Of a stretch of 64,000 nt of DNA, positions 1 through 9,813 are shown piece after piece. Made by a program: the position numbers and the translations under genes. This stretch comes from Legionellaceae bacterium. Lineage in GTDB: Bacteria > Pseudomonadota > Gammaproteobacteria > Legionellales > Legionellaceae. Location: contig JARGNP010000002.1 of NCBI GenBank assembly GCA_029210265.1, forward strand, positions 48,718 to 112,717, read 5' to 3'. How positions within the stretch are numbered: position 1 is the first letter of the stretch; every line of letters starts with the position of its first letter. The notes beneath the pieces were generated by a model that was not told where the DNA came from, searched no databases, and was given only the letters and a program-made list of their open reading frames with translations.

Positions 1-605
1 GGCAACCTCGAGCTTTAGGGCTTGGTCATGCCGTGCTGTGTGCTGAGAAAATGATTGCTGATGAACCTTTCGCGGTTTTACTTGCGGATGATTTGATGGT
101 AGGAAAACCATCCATTTTAACTCAGATGGTTGAGCAATTTCATGAACAAAAAGTTTCTTTAATTGCTGTTGAAAATGTTCCTCGTTTGCAGACACGACGC
201 TATGGTATCATTACGGGCTCTAGCCTAGATAATAGGCTCATTGATATTAAGCAAATAATAGAAAAACCTGAACCAGATGCAGCTCCTTCAACGTTAGCTG
301 TTGCGGGGCGTTATATTCTTACGCCATCTATATTCAAAATTATAGCAAATCAACCGAGTGGAATTGGTGGTGAAATTCAGTTAACAGACGCAATTGAAGC
401 ACTTATTCAGCAAGAACAAGTTCTGGCTTATCGCTTTAAAGGACATCGGTATGATTGTGGCAGCAAGCTTGGTTTTGTACAGGCGATGGTTGATCTTGCA
501 GAAAAACATACTGAGATTGGTCCTGAGGTTACAGCTTGGCTAAAGGCAAGAAAATGCATGGATGTGGTGACAGAATGCCACGAAGAATTTAAGAATATTA
601 TCTAA
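1..605 (+). CDS. galU: UTP--glucose-1-phosphate uridylyltransferase, 5'-truncated by window edge
   Basis: The reading frame is open back to nt 3 (..ALGLGHAVLCAEKMIADEPFAVLLADD..). It shows GLGHAV, LLADD and IIEKPEPD-type GalU motifs, and the C-terminal half resembles GalU throughout. Confidence 0.85.
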   Translation, partial: QPRALGLGHAVLCAEKMIADEPFAVLLADDLMVGKPSILTQMVEQFHEQKVSLIAVENVPRLQTRRYGIITGSSLDNRLIDIKQIIEKPEPDAAPSTLAVAGRYILTPSIFKIIANQPSGIGGEIQLTDAIEALIQQEQVLAYRFKGHRYDCGSKLGFVQAMVDLAEKHTEIGPEVTAWLKARKCMDVVTECHEEFKNII

Positions 606-617
606 AGGTTGTAGTGC

Positions 618-1742
618 ATGGGTAAGGTTGTTGGCATTGATGCTTCACGTAGTCGTTCAGGAGGAGCAAAGACTCATTTGTTAGGCGTGCTTCAGGCCGT
701 TGATCCGCGTGTATATGGTATAGATGAAGTTCATCTTTGGGGTGAGGAAGCCTTGCTAGATAAATTATTTGATTATCCTTGGCTAATAAAACATAGTCCT
801 TCTGCGTTAAAAAAATCCATTTTTAGTCAGATTTGGTGGCAATACCGGAGATTATCGACGGAGGCTCACGCAAAGGGATGCCAAGTACTTTTTAATACAG
901 ATGCCGGTTCAGTTTGTTCATTTAGTCCATCGGTAACGATAAGTCAAAATATGTTGCCATTTGAGTTGCAGGAAAGAAAGCGATACGGTTGGTCTAAGCA
1001 GCGGTTGAGGTTATTTCTTTTGAAATATATGCACTCAAGAAAATTTAAAAAATCAGATGGAGTTATATTTTTAACACAATATGCTAAAAATATAATAGAA
1101 GAAAAACTAGGGATATCGAAAAAAACATCGGTCATTCCTCATGGGGTTGGAAATGTTTTTAGAGATATTGCAAGTGTAGAATCTAATATAGAATGTTTTG
1201 ACAAATCGGTGCAGTGTGTTTATGTTTCTTCTGTTGATGTGTACAAGCATCAATGGCATGTTGTTCGAGCAATAAAAATGCTGAGGGATAAAGGTTTAGA
1301 TATTTCTTTATTACTTATTGGCGGTGGGGATGGACGCGGGCAAAAGTTGCTTGAAAAAGAATTGCTACGCTCAGATCCTAATAACATATTTACAAAACAA
1401 ATCGAGTTTATCTCACATACAGAGCTTTCAAAATATCTTTTTCAAAGCGATATTTTTATCTTTGCTTCTAGTTGCGAAAATATGCCCAATATTCTTATTG
1501 AAGGGATGGCAAGTGCTTTACCCATTGCCTGTTCTAATAAAGGGCCAATGCCTGAAGTTTTGAAAGATGGGGGAGAATATTTTGATCCAGAAAATCCCAC
1601 AAGTATTGCTGAGGCAATAAAAAAAATAATTGAGGATGATGTGCGAAGAAAGGAATTTTCTAAATGTTCTGTTGCGTTATCACAAGAGTATTCGTGGGAG
1701 CGATGTGCTAAAGAAACCTGGACTTTTTTGAGAGAATTTTAA
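618..1742 (+). CDS. Glycosyltransferase, GT-B fold / GT4 family
   Basis: 374 aa. The C-terminal region FASSCENMPNILIEGMASALPIACSNKGPMPEVLKDGGEYFDPENP is a typical GT4 E-x7-E block. The gene is AT-rich and lies in a polysaccharide locus. Confidence 0.8.
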   Translation: MGKVVGIDASRSRSGGAKTHLLGVLQAVDPRVYGIDEVHLWGEEALLDKLFDYPWLIKHSPSALKKSIFSQIWWQYRRLSTEAHAKGCQVLFNTDAGSVCSFSPSVTISQNMLPFELQERKRYGWSKQRLRLFLLKYMHSRKFKKSDGVIFLTQYAKNIIEEKLGISKKTSVIPHGVGNVFRDIASVESNIECFDKSVQCVYVSSVDVYKHQWHVVRAIKMLRDKGLDISLLLIGGGDGRGQKLLEKELLRSDPNNIFTKQIEFISHTELSKYLFQSDIFIFASSCENMPNILIEGMASALPIACSNKGPMPEVLKDGGEYFDPENPTSIAEAIKKIIEDDVRRKEFSKCSVALSQEYSWERCAKETWTFLREF

Positions 1743-1772
1743 GTAAAAATATTTTGTTAGGGATGGAAGCTT

Positions 1773-3716
1773 ATGTGTGGTATTGCGGGTGCATTTGGAG
1801 CTTGTACTCCTCAGTGTTTACAGGCTATGGCAAAAAAAATGGCGCATCGAGGTCCTGACAATCTCTCTGTACTTTCTCTTGGCGATGTCCATTTAGCGCA
1901 TGCGCGACTAAGTATTTTAGATTTATCCCCACATAGCAACCAACCATTGTGGGATATACAACGGACAGCTTGCATTGTATTCAATGGGGAAATATATAAT
2001 TACAAAGCATTGCGTGATGAATTAGTTGCTCTTGGTTATACGTTCACCTCAGAAGGCGATGCTGAGGTTATTGTAAATCTTTATTTGCATTATGGTGTTG
2101 CATGCCTTGAAAAGCTGAATGGTATTTTTGCTTTTGCTTTATGGGATACACGTTCATCGGAGCTTTTTCTTGCACGCGATCCATTAGGTGTGAAACCTTT
2201 GTATTATTCCGAGACCAAGGATGGATTTTACTTTTCAAGTGAAATGAAGTCATTATTGGTTCATCCAAACATTGCGCGCGAATTAAATCATGACGCAATT
2301 TTTCGTTCACTTGTATTTCTTTGGAGTCCTGGTCCCGAAACTGTCCTGAAAAATATTTTTAAGCTTGAACCGGGCACTTATTTACGTATTAAAGATCGCA
2401 ATATTATAGAGAAAACTCAGTACGCTGAATGGCCTCATTATCAACCTGAAAAAATGAGTGTTAAGCAAGGCATTGCTGTGCTTGACGATGCTTTAAGAAC
2501 GGCTGTAAATGAGCAGTTGGTATCAGATGTGCCCGTCGGTTCGTTTTTATCAGGAGGCCTTGATTCAAGTCTTATTGTTGCAATGGCTAAAAAAACAGGT
2601 CTTGCTGAGCTTGAATGTTTTACGATTAAATCAAAAGGGGCACATAAAAATAACGATGGATTTGTTGACGATTTACCCTATGCTAGAACGGTTGCAAAAC
2701 ATGTAGATGTGCATTTAAATGAGGTTGAAGTCAAACCAGATATGTTTAAACGTTTAGCTTGGATGATGTATCATTTGGATGAACCCCAAGCGGATCCTGC
2801 GCCACTTAATGTATCGTTGATTTGTGAAGAAGCTCGTAATAAAGGAATTAAAGTACTTTTTTCTGGTGCAGGCGGGGATGATGTATTCACGGGTTATCGC
2901 AGGCATTATGCATTAAAACTCGAAAAATATTGGTCCTGGTTGCCTGCTTCTGTGCGGCGAGGTCTTCAAAACGGAAGTAAAAATTTACCTAAACGAGACC
3001 CCAAGCTTAGACGACTAGCAAAAATATTTGCGTATGCAGGTGAATCGAAAGATACACGTCTATTGTCTTATTTTTATTGGATAAAACCTGAGGTGGTGCG
3101 AGATCTTTTGACGGACGAAGTAAAAAACAAACTCAGTGATAATCCCATGGCAGGTCTTTTAAATGAGCTGAAAAATCGTCCTGAACAAAATGATTTGGAA
3201 AAAATGTTGTATCTAGAGCGACGTTATTTTCTTGTTGATCATAATCTTAATTACACCGATAAGATGAGCATGGCACATGGTGTTGAGGTGCGTGTTCCGC
3301 TTTTAGATAAGCGTGTGGCTGAGTGTGCTTCACGTATTCATACTAAATTTAAGCAGCATGGTCGTCATGGAAAATGGATTTTAAAAAAAATGGCTGAACG
3401 CTATTTACCTAAATCCGTTATTTACCGTTCTAAGGCAGGTTTTGGGGCACCATTGCGTGATTGGTTAAAACATGATCTGATAGATTTGGTCGATGAGCTG
3501 CTTGGTGAACAAAGTTTAAGTAAGCGTGGGATATTTAAATATGAGTCTGTTCGAGCGCTTATTGAGGAAGATCGACGAGGCGAAAAAGATTATAGTTACC
3601 CTATTTTTGCATTGTTGTGTATTGAGTTGTGGTGTCGTATTTTCATTGATGGAGATACATGTTATGAACAGCACGCCCACGCATTTGAAAATGAATTATC
3701 TCAGGAAATAGCATGA
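1773..3716 (+). CDS. Asparagine synthase (glutamine-hydrolysing)-like amidotransferase (AsnB/WbpS-type)
   Basis: N-terminal MCGIAG Ntn nucleophile and the PP-loop FLSGGLDSSLIV. Its 647 aa is typical of the AsnB paralogs found in O-antigen loci. Confidence 0.85.
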   Translation: MCGIAGAFGACTPQCLQAMAKKMAHRGPDNLSVLSLGDVHLAHARLSILDLSPHSNQPLWDIQRTACIVFNGEIYNYKALRDELVALGYTFTSEGDAEVIVNLYLHYGVACLEKLNGIFAFALWDTRSSELFLARDPLGVKPLYYSETKDGFYFSSEMKSLLVHPNIARELNHDAIFRSLVFLWSPGPETVLKNIFKLEPGTYLRIKDRNIIEKTQYAEWPHYQPEKMSVKQGIAVLDDALRTAVNEQLVSDVPVGSFLSGGLDSSLIVAMAKKTGLAELECFTIKSKGAHKNNDGFVDDLPYARTVAKHVDVHLNEVEVKPDMFKRLAWMMYHLDEPQADPAPLNVSLICEEARNKGIKVLFSGAGGDDVFTGYRRHYALKLEKYWSWLPASVRRGLQNGSKNLPKRDPKLRRLAKIFAYAGESKDTRLLSYFYWIKPEVVRDLLTDEVKNKLSDNPMAGLLNELKNRPEQNDLEKMLYLERRYFLVDHNLNYTDKMSMAHGVEVRVPLLDKRVAECASRIHTKFKQHGRHGKWILKKMAERYLPKSVIYRSKAGFGAPLRDWLKHDLIDLVDELLGEQSLSKRGIFKYESVRALIEEDRRGEKDYSYPIFALLCIELWCRIFIDGDTCYEQHAHAFENELSQEIA

Positions 3717-5851
3717 AACAAATCTTACAAGATTTAACGCAAGGTAATACCACGATGCTTGAAGCCCCGGCTCCCAATGTTACACAAGGGAAACTTTTAA
3801 TTAATACGAGCACAACACTGATTTCAGCCGGAACTGAGCGGATGCTGGTAGATTTTGGTAAGGCATCTTATTTTCAAAAAGCACGGCAGCAGCCCGAAAA
3901 AGTAAAAGCAGTGTTTGATAAAGTCCAAACGGACGGATTATTTTCAACGCTAGATGCCGTGCGCTCTAAATTAGCTCAACCGTTACCGCTGGGGTATTGC
4001 AATGTAGGTATTGTTTCGACTGTGTCCCAAGAAGTTACAGCATTTAAAGTAGGTGACCGCGTGGTTTCAAATGGTCCGCATGCCGATGTTGTAAGTGTTT
4101 CAAAAAATTTATGTGCAAACATTCCCGATAATGTTGATGATGAATCAGCCGTGTTTACCGTAGTCGCAAGTATTGCGTTACAAGGCCTTCGATTGGTTAA
4201 ACCTACACTTGGCGAGGCTGTCGTTGTGACAGGTGTTGGCTTAATAGGACTTTTGGCAGTTCAATTACTCAGAGCACATGGCTGTCGTGTGTTAGCGATT
4301 GATTTTGATGAAACAAAGCTTGCCTTAGCACGTCAGTTTGGTGCTGAAACATGTAATCCTGGGCAGGGAGAAGACCCAGTTAGTGCAGGGCTCGCTTTTA
4401 GTCGAGGCCATGGTGTCGATGCTGTGATTATTACAGCTTCAACCAAATCAAATGATCCTGTTGCACAAGCCGCTCAAATGAGTCGGAAACGAGGACGAAT
4501 TGTTCTGGTTGGTGTGGTTGGTTTAGAGTTAAACCGCGTTGATTTTTATGAAAAAGAGTTAAGTTTTCAAGTGTCTTGCTCCTATGGACCAGGGCGTTAT
4601 GAACCAACGTATGAAGAGCAGGGCGTTGATTATCCTATCGGTTTTGTTCGTTGGACGGAACAACGTAATTTTGAAGCTGTGCTCGATATGATGGCAGGTG
4701 GCCAACTAGATGTGAAACCACTAATCACGCATCGGTTTGCATTTGAGGATGCTGAAAAAGCTTACGCGACGCTCACAGAAGAGCGAGCTGCACTAGGTAT
4801 TGTTTTACAATATAAGAGCAATGCTTCAGCACGACATATTAACGAAGTTGATTTACACACAGACAGAAAATTTGATCCTGAAAAAGCAGTGCTTGGTTTT
4901 ATTGGAGCTGGAAATTATGCATCCCGTGTTTTGATTCCTGCTTTTAAAGCGAAAAATGCGCAGCTGCATACGGTCGTCACGTCAGGTGGTGTAAGTGGTG
5001 TCATTCATGGAAAGAAGGCTGGGTTTTTAAAAGCTTCGACAGATGTTGATGCAATATTTTCGGATAAGTGTATTAATATAACTGTGATTGCCACACGACA
5101 TAACACGCATGCATCGCTTGTAGCGAAAGCTTTGAGTGTTGGAAAGCACGTGTTTGTTGAAAAGCCTCTGGCGATTACGTTTGAAGAATTAGCCGAGGTC
5201 GAAGCTGCTTATTATGCTGCATCCATGCGTGACAAAAAACAGCATCTTATGGTGGGCTACAATCGTCGATTTTCGCCTCATATACAAAAAATGAAAGCAT
5301 TGCTTGCGCAGGTACAAGAACCTAAGTCGTTTATGATGACCATGAATGCAGGAGCAATTCCAGCTGATCATTGGACACAAGATTTGACGGTGGGAGGCGG
5401 ACGTATTATTGGTGAAGCATGTCATTTTATTGATTTGATGCGTTACTTAGCGGGCTCAGAAATTATTTCGGTCCAAGCGCGTCGTATGGGAGATAATCCT
5501 CATACGAATGTGTCAGAAGACAAAGCGGCAATTATACTTGGCTTTGCTGATGGTTCGTTTGGAACCATTCATTATTTAGCGAATGGCGCATCAAGTTATC
5601 CTAAAGAACGTGTTGAAGTGTTTACTGCAGGACGTGTGCTCCAATTGGATAACTTTCGTCGCTTGAAAGGGTTTGGCTGGCCTGGATTTTCTAAAATGAA
5701 TTTGATGCGACAAGACAAAGGACAGGTTGTATGTGTTACTGCATTTCTTGAGGCCATGGAGCGCGGCGCGGCTACACCGATACCGATTCAAGAAATATTT
5801 GAAGTGGCGCGTGTAACGCTTGAGGCCGCATTACAATTACGAGAGCAGTAA
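3713..5851 (+). CDS. Bi-domain oxidoreductase (MDR/alcohol-dehydrogenase-like N-domain fused to a Gfo/Idh/MocA C-domain)
   Basis: N-terminal half has an MDR Rossmann motif (VVVTGVGLIGLLAVQLLRAHG). C-terminal half has LGFIGAGNYASRVLIPAF and VFVEKPLA (Gfo/Idh/MocA). The ATG overlaps the upstream stop (ATGA at 3713-3716). Confidence 0.75.
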   Translation: MKQILQDLTQGNTTMLEAPAPNVTQGKLLINTSTTLISAGTERMLVDFGKASYFQKARQQPEKVKAVFDKVQTDGLFSTLDAVRSKLAQPLPLGYCNVGIVSTVSQEVTAFKVGDRVVSNGPHADVVSVSKNLCANIPDNVDDESAVFTVVASIALQGLRLVKPTLGEAVVVTGVGLIGLLAVQLLRAHGCRVLAIDFDETKLALARQFGAETCNPGQGEDPVSAGLAFSRGHGVDAVIITASTKSNDPVAQAAQMSRKRGRIVLVGVVGLELNRVDFYEKELSFQVSCSYGPGRYEPTYEEQGVDYPIGFVRWTEQRNFEAVLDMMAGGQLDVKPLITHRFAFEDAEKAYATLTEERAALGIVLQYKSNASARHINEVDLHTDRKFDPEKAVLGFIGAGNYASRVLIPAFKAKNAQLHTVVTSGGVSGVIHGKKAGFLKASTDVDAIFSDKCINITVIATRHNTHASLVAKALSVGKHVFVEKPLAITFEELAEVEAAYYAASMRDKKQHLMVGYNRRFSPHIQKMKALLAQVQEPKSFMMTMNAGAIPADHWTQDLTVGGGRIIGEACHFIDLMRYLAGSEIISVQARRMGDNPHTNVSEDKAAIILGFADGSFGTIHYLANGASSYPKERVEVFTAGRVLQLDNFRRLKGFGWPGFSKMNLMRQDKGQVVCVTAFLEAMERGAATPIPIQEIFEVARVTLEAALQLREQ

Positions 5852-5852
5852 A

Positions 5853-7514
5853 GTGGGACAGAAACTGCTGTATCGTTATGTGCATACCGTACGCTATTTA
5901 AAACTTGAGCAGTTGATTTATCGTGTTTTTTACCGCATAAGAAAGCCTAAACTTAATGCATCATGTGAAATGAGTTCGGTGCGCGTTTGGCAGCAGTACT
6001 GGTTGGCCCCCGAAGTTATGCCTCCGGCTTGTTTAGATAAAACTAGCTTAGTTTTTTTAGGTGAAGAAGGTTGTCTAGATGAGGCGGATCTTTGGAATAG
6101 TTCAAAACGTTCTAAATTATGGCTATATAACTTACACTATTTTGATGTGATGAATGCTGTAGGGGCTTTTGAAAACCAAGATGTTATTAATACTTTACTT
6201 CATCGCTGGATTCAAGAAAATCCTCCACTCAAAGGCAATGGCTGGGAGCCTTATCCGCTTTCTTTGCGTGTTGTTAATTGGGTTAAATGGTTTTCAAAAC
6301 ATCCGGAGTATACTAATGAAGCTGCACAACAAAGTTTAGCCTTACAAGGTGCGGCTTTAGTCAAGCAACTGGAATATCATATTCTTGGAAATCATTTATT
6401 TGCAAATGCAAAAGCCTTGGTTTTTATTGGATGTTATTTTGATGGCCCCGAAGCAACAGCTTGGTTAGCTCAAGGTATACGCTTGTTGGATCGTGAAATA
6501 CCCGAGCAATTTCTTTTAGATGGCGGTCATTTTGAACGTTCGCCAATGTATCACGCCACGTTGTTGTGGGATATGTGTGATTTATATAATCTTGCATGTC
6601 GAGCAGGAGTTCAAGATTTAGTTTTGCGAAAGCAACAATGGAGAGAGGTGATTCAGCGAGGATTAACATGGCTTGCCTGTATGACGCACCCGGATGGTGA
6701 TGTTTCTTTTTTCAATGACAGCACGTTCGGCATTGCACCTAAGGTTGTTGATCTTGAAGCCTATGCAGAACAACTAGGTATTATTAAAGTCAAAGCCTCT
6801 AAAGCACCTTCTGCCCTATCTCTTCATGATTTGAAAAATACGGGATATTGCATTGTTGATTTGCCAGAGCAAGGCAAGCTTATCCTGGATGTTGGTGAGG
6901 TTGGTCCTGAATATCAGCCGGGTCATGCGCACGCCGATACATTAAGCTTTGAGCTGAGTTTATTGGGTCAGCGGGTTATTGTTAATTCGGGTATATCTTG
7001 TTATGGACAATCAGATCTTCGGGAATATCAACGCAGCACAAAAGCACATAATACCGTTTGTGTTGCAGGCCTTAACTCTTCAGAAACATGGGCTGGTTTT
7101 CGTGTTGCACGCCGTGCCTATCCGAAAGACTTATCGATAGAGGAACTGCCTGCAAAGGTTGTTATTCAATGTTCCCATGATGGATATTTGAGATTGCCGG
7201 GGAATATCGTTCACCAGCGAACATGGGATGTAAATATAAATAGTTTAAAAATTTGTGATGTTATTACCGAGCGATTTCAAGAAGCTGAAGTGATGTATTA
7301 CTTTCATCCGAAAATTCAAATTAAGCAGGTCTCTGAGTCTGTTTTTGAGGCCCAACTTACCTCAGGTCAAATTGTAAAAATTTCTATAGCAGGTGCACAT
7401 GACTGCAAGTTGAAGCAATCATGTTGGTATCCTGCATTTGGTGTATCACAAGAAAACCACTGTTTAGTTATCAAGTTTAAATGCCCAGAATTATCTATAC
7501 ACATTGAATGGTGA
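5853..7514 (+). CDS. Heparinase II/III-like (polysaccharide-lyase fold) protein
   Basis: Motifs HILGNHLFANAKAL and QPGHAHADTLSFEL are typical of the heparinase II/III family. GTG 5853 lies 1 nt after the upstream TAA. The ORF-track TTG start at 5820 would overlap the upstream gene by 32 nt, so I prefer 5853. Confidence 0.75.
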   Translation: MGQKLLYRYVHTVRYLKLEQLIYRVFYRIRKPKLNASCEMSSVRVWQQYWLAPEVMPPACLDKTSLVFLGEEGCLDEADLWNSSKRSKLWLYNLHYFDVMNAVGAFENQDVINTLLHRWIQENPPLKGNGWEPYPLSLRVVNWVKWFSKHPEYTNEAAQQSLALQGAALVKQLEYHILGNHLFANAKALVFIGCYFDGPEATAWLAQGIRLLDREIPEQFLLDGGHFERSPMYHATLLWDMCDLYNLACRAGVQDLVLRKQQWREVIQRGLTWLACMTHPDGDVSFFNDSTFGIAPKVVDLEAYAEQLGIIKVKASKAPSALSLHDLKNTGYCIVDLPEQGKLILDVGEVGPEYQPGHAHADTLSFELSLLGQRVIVNSGISCYGQSDLREYQRSTKAHNTVCVAGLNSSETWAGFRVARRAYPKDLSIEELPAKVVIQCSHDGYLRLPGNIVHQRTWDVNINSLKICDVITERFQEAEVMYYFHPKIQIKQVSESVFEAQLTSGQIVKISIAGAHDCKLKQSCWYPAFGVSQENHCLVIKFKCPELSIHIEW

Positions 7515-7520
7515 TATTTC

Positions 7521-8693
7521 GTGAAAATTTTGATTTTATCTTTTTATTATGCCCCTGATTTATGCGCAGGTTCTTTTCGTTGCACAGCGTTTGTTGAGGC
7601 ATTAAGAAAGCAAGTGAGTCAAGATGCTGAAATTAATGTAATGACAACCGCTCCTAATCGCTATGCTTCGTTTGGTGCTGAAGCACCTGCCTTCGAAATA
7701 CAACCAGGTTTGAATATTGAGCGGATACCTTTACCAACACATAAGAGCGGTATGTGGGACCAAGCGAAAGCATTTGCTTGTTTTAGTATTGAAGTGAACA
7801 AACGCATCAAACACCGTGAGTATGATCTTGTGTTTGCTACGTCGTCACGACTCATGACCGCTGCACTAGGTGCTTGGGTTGCCCGGAGAAAGAAAGCAAA
7901 GCTTTATCTTGATATACGCGATCTTTTTATAGATACGATTCAAGATGTGCTTCCAAGAAAGTTATCGATAATTTTAAAGCCAGTTTTTTCACTTATTGAG
8001 AAGAAAAGTGTTGGCTTTGCACAGCAAGTTAATTTGGTATCTCGAGGATTTGAAGGGTATTATAAACAGCATTATCCTGCGGTAAAATTAAGTTGGTTTA
8101 CCAATGGTATTGATTCGGAATTTATTCTGCCTCAAAGCTTTGGGTATTCAAATTCAGTTTCTTCGCGGATTTTGACCGTACTTTATGCAGGTAATATTGG
8201 TGAAGGCCAAGGTTTACATACCATCATCCCTGATTTGGCAAAACGCATGGAGGGGCGGGTGCGTTTTAAAATTATTGGTGACGGTGGTAGGAAGGCGCAT
8301 TTAATAACAGCGCTTAATCATGCTCAATGTAATAATGTAGAACTTGTTGCACCTTTAAGTCGTGCCGAGCTTATTCAAGAATATCAGCAGGCCGATATTT
8401 TATTTCTTCATTTAAATGATTATGAGGCTTTTCGTAAGGTTCTGCCTTCTAAAATATTTGAATATGCTGCTATGGGTAAGCCAATTTGGGCAGGTATCTC
8501 AGGATATTCTGCTGAGTTTGTTCGTTTGGAAGTCTGTAATGCAGCAATTTTTTATCCATGCAATGCGATTGAAGCTGGAGCTGTATTTTCAAAATTAAAA
8601 CTGAAAGATAATGCTAGGAAGGGTTTTATTGAGAAATATAAGCGAAGTCATATCATGGATGTTATGGCCTCAAATATGCTTAGCTTGCTGTGA
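7521..8693 (+). CDS. Glycosyltransferase, GT4 family (WbuB/WcaI-like)
   Basis: N-terminus MKILILSFYYAPDLCAGSFR is typical of WbuB-like transferases. C-terminal block VLPSKIFEYAAMGKPIWAG. GTG start 6 nt after the upstream stop. Confidence 0.75.
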   Translation: MKILILSFYYAPDLCAGSFRCTAFVEALRKQVSQDAEINVMTTAPNRYASFGAEAPAFEIQPGLNIERIPLPTHKSGMWDQAKAFACFSIEVNKRIKHREYDLVFATSSRLMTAALGAWVARRKKAKLYLDIRDLFIDTIQDVLPRKLSIILKPVFSLIEKKSVGFAQQVNLVSRGFEGYYKQHYPAVKLSWFTNGIDSEFILPQSFGYSNSVSSRILTVLYAGNIGEGQGLHTIIPDLAKRMEGRVRFKIIGDGGRKAHLITALNHAQCNNVELVAPLSRAELIQEYQQADILFLHLNDYEAFRKVLPSKIFEYAAMGKPIWAGISGYSAEFVRLEVCNAAIFYPCNAIEAGAVFSKLKLKDNARKGFIEKYKRSHIMDVMASNMLSLL

Positions 8694-8754
8694 GTGATTT
8701 TGTTATGATTTGACGTAGACAAAAGGATGTGTAAATTGTTATTCAAGGGATGTG

Positions 8755-9750
8755 ATGAAAATACTCGTGACAGGTGCAACAGGCTTTGTTGGTAAGCAGC
8801 TAGTTCAATATTTACTCGAGCATACAGAGGCGACGTTATGCCTTGCTGTAAGAGAGATACCTCAAGTTAAGCTATATGACTCAAACGATGCTTCGAGGGT
8901 CACGTTAACGAACATTAAGAATATATCTTCTAAGACTAATTGGCAGGCCATGTTAGTGGACTGTGACGTTGTTATTCACTTGGCGGCATGTATAGAGGTT
9001 CTAGGTGAAAGTTTAAAAAATTCTCTTGCCATTTTTCGTGAGACGAATGTTGAAGGAACGTTGAACCTAGCCAGGCAAGCAAATCAAGCGGGTGTAACGC
9101 GTTTTATTTATATGAGTTCTATTAAGGTGAATGGAGAGTCTACAGAGCTCGGTACGCCATTTGGCCCTGATGATACACCTATGCCTCAGCATCCTTATGC
9201 CATCTCAAAGCTTGAGGCCGAGCGAGGACTCATTGCGTTAGCTGAACAAAGTGTAATAAATGTCGTTATTATTCGACCTCCTCTGGTGTATGGCCCGGAT
9301 GTGCGTGGAAATTTTCTGCTTATCATGTCGTTGTTACAAAAAAAAATTCCGCTCCCGTTTGGGGCTTTGAGAAAAAACAAACGAAGTTTTGTCTCGGTCT
9401 TTAATCTTGTTGATTTAATTACGACATGCATCACCCATCCTCGTGCCGAGAATCAAACATTTTTGGTCAGCGACGGTCATGATTTATCAACTACCGAGTT
9501 ATTTTTGAAGTTAAGAAAACTTTTGAATCTATCGGAATTATTTTTTCCTCTGCCTGCATGGGTATTAAATAGCATGGCGAGTTGTCTGGGTAAGCGACAG
9601 GAAATGATGCGTCTTACCGGTTCATTGCAGGTTGATATTATTCAAACGCAACAGTTACTGGATTGGCAGCCTAAAGAGTATGTCGATGATGGGTTGTCTA
9701 AAGTAGTGCACAGTTATATCAATTCAAAGGACTCAATGTTAACAGAGTAG
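8755..9750 (+). CDS. NAD-dependent epimerase/dehydratase (extended SDR, WbpK-like)
   Basis: MKILVTGATGFVGKQL Rossmann motif and a YAISKLEAE (YxxxK) catalytic motif. It occupies the position upstream of the initiating transferase, as in wbpK-wbpL-wbpM-type loci. Confidence 0.8.
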   Translation: MKILVTGATGFVGKQLVQYLLEHTEATLCLAVREIPQVKLYDSNDASRVTLTNIKNISSKTNWQAMLVDCDVVIHLAACIEVLGESLKNSLAIFRETNVEGTLNLARQANQAGVTRFIYMSSIKVNGESTELGTPFGPDDTPMPQHPYAISKLEAERGLIALAEQSVINVVIIRPPLVYGPDVRGNFLLIMSLLQKKIPLPFGALRKNKRSFVSVFNLVDLITTCITHPRAENQTFLVSDGHDLSTTELFLKLRKLLNLSELFFPLPAWVLNSMASCLGKRQEMMRLTGSLQVDIIQTQQLLDWQPKEYVDDGLSKVVHSYINSKDSMLTE

Positions 9751-9813
9751 ATTTATGGTTTATCACTGGATTTGTGATATGAAATTTATATTGTTCCAAT
9801 TAGGAAGGAGCTT

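Noticed and set aside
5820-5852. TTG start extending the heparinase-like ORF 11 codons upstream
   Set aside because: It would overlap the oxidoreductase 3' end by 32 nt. GTG 5853, directly after the upstream stop, fits the tight coupling seen at the neighbouring junctions.
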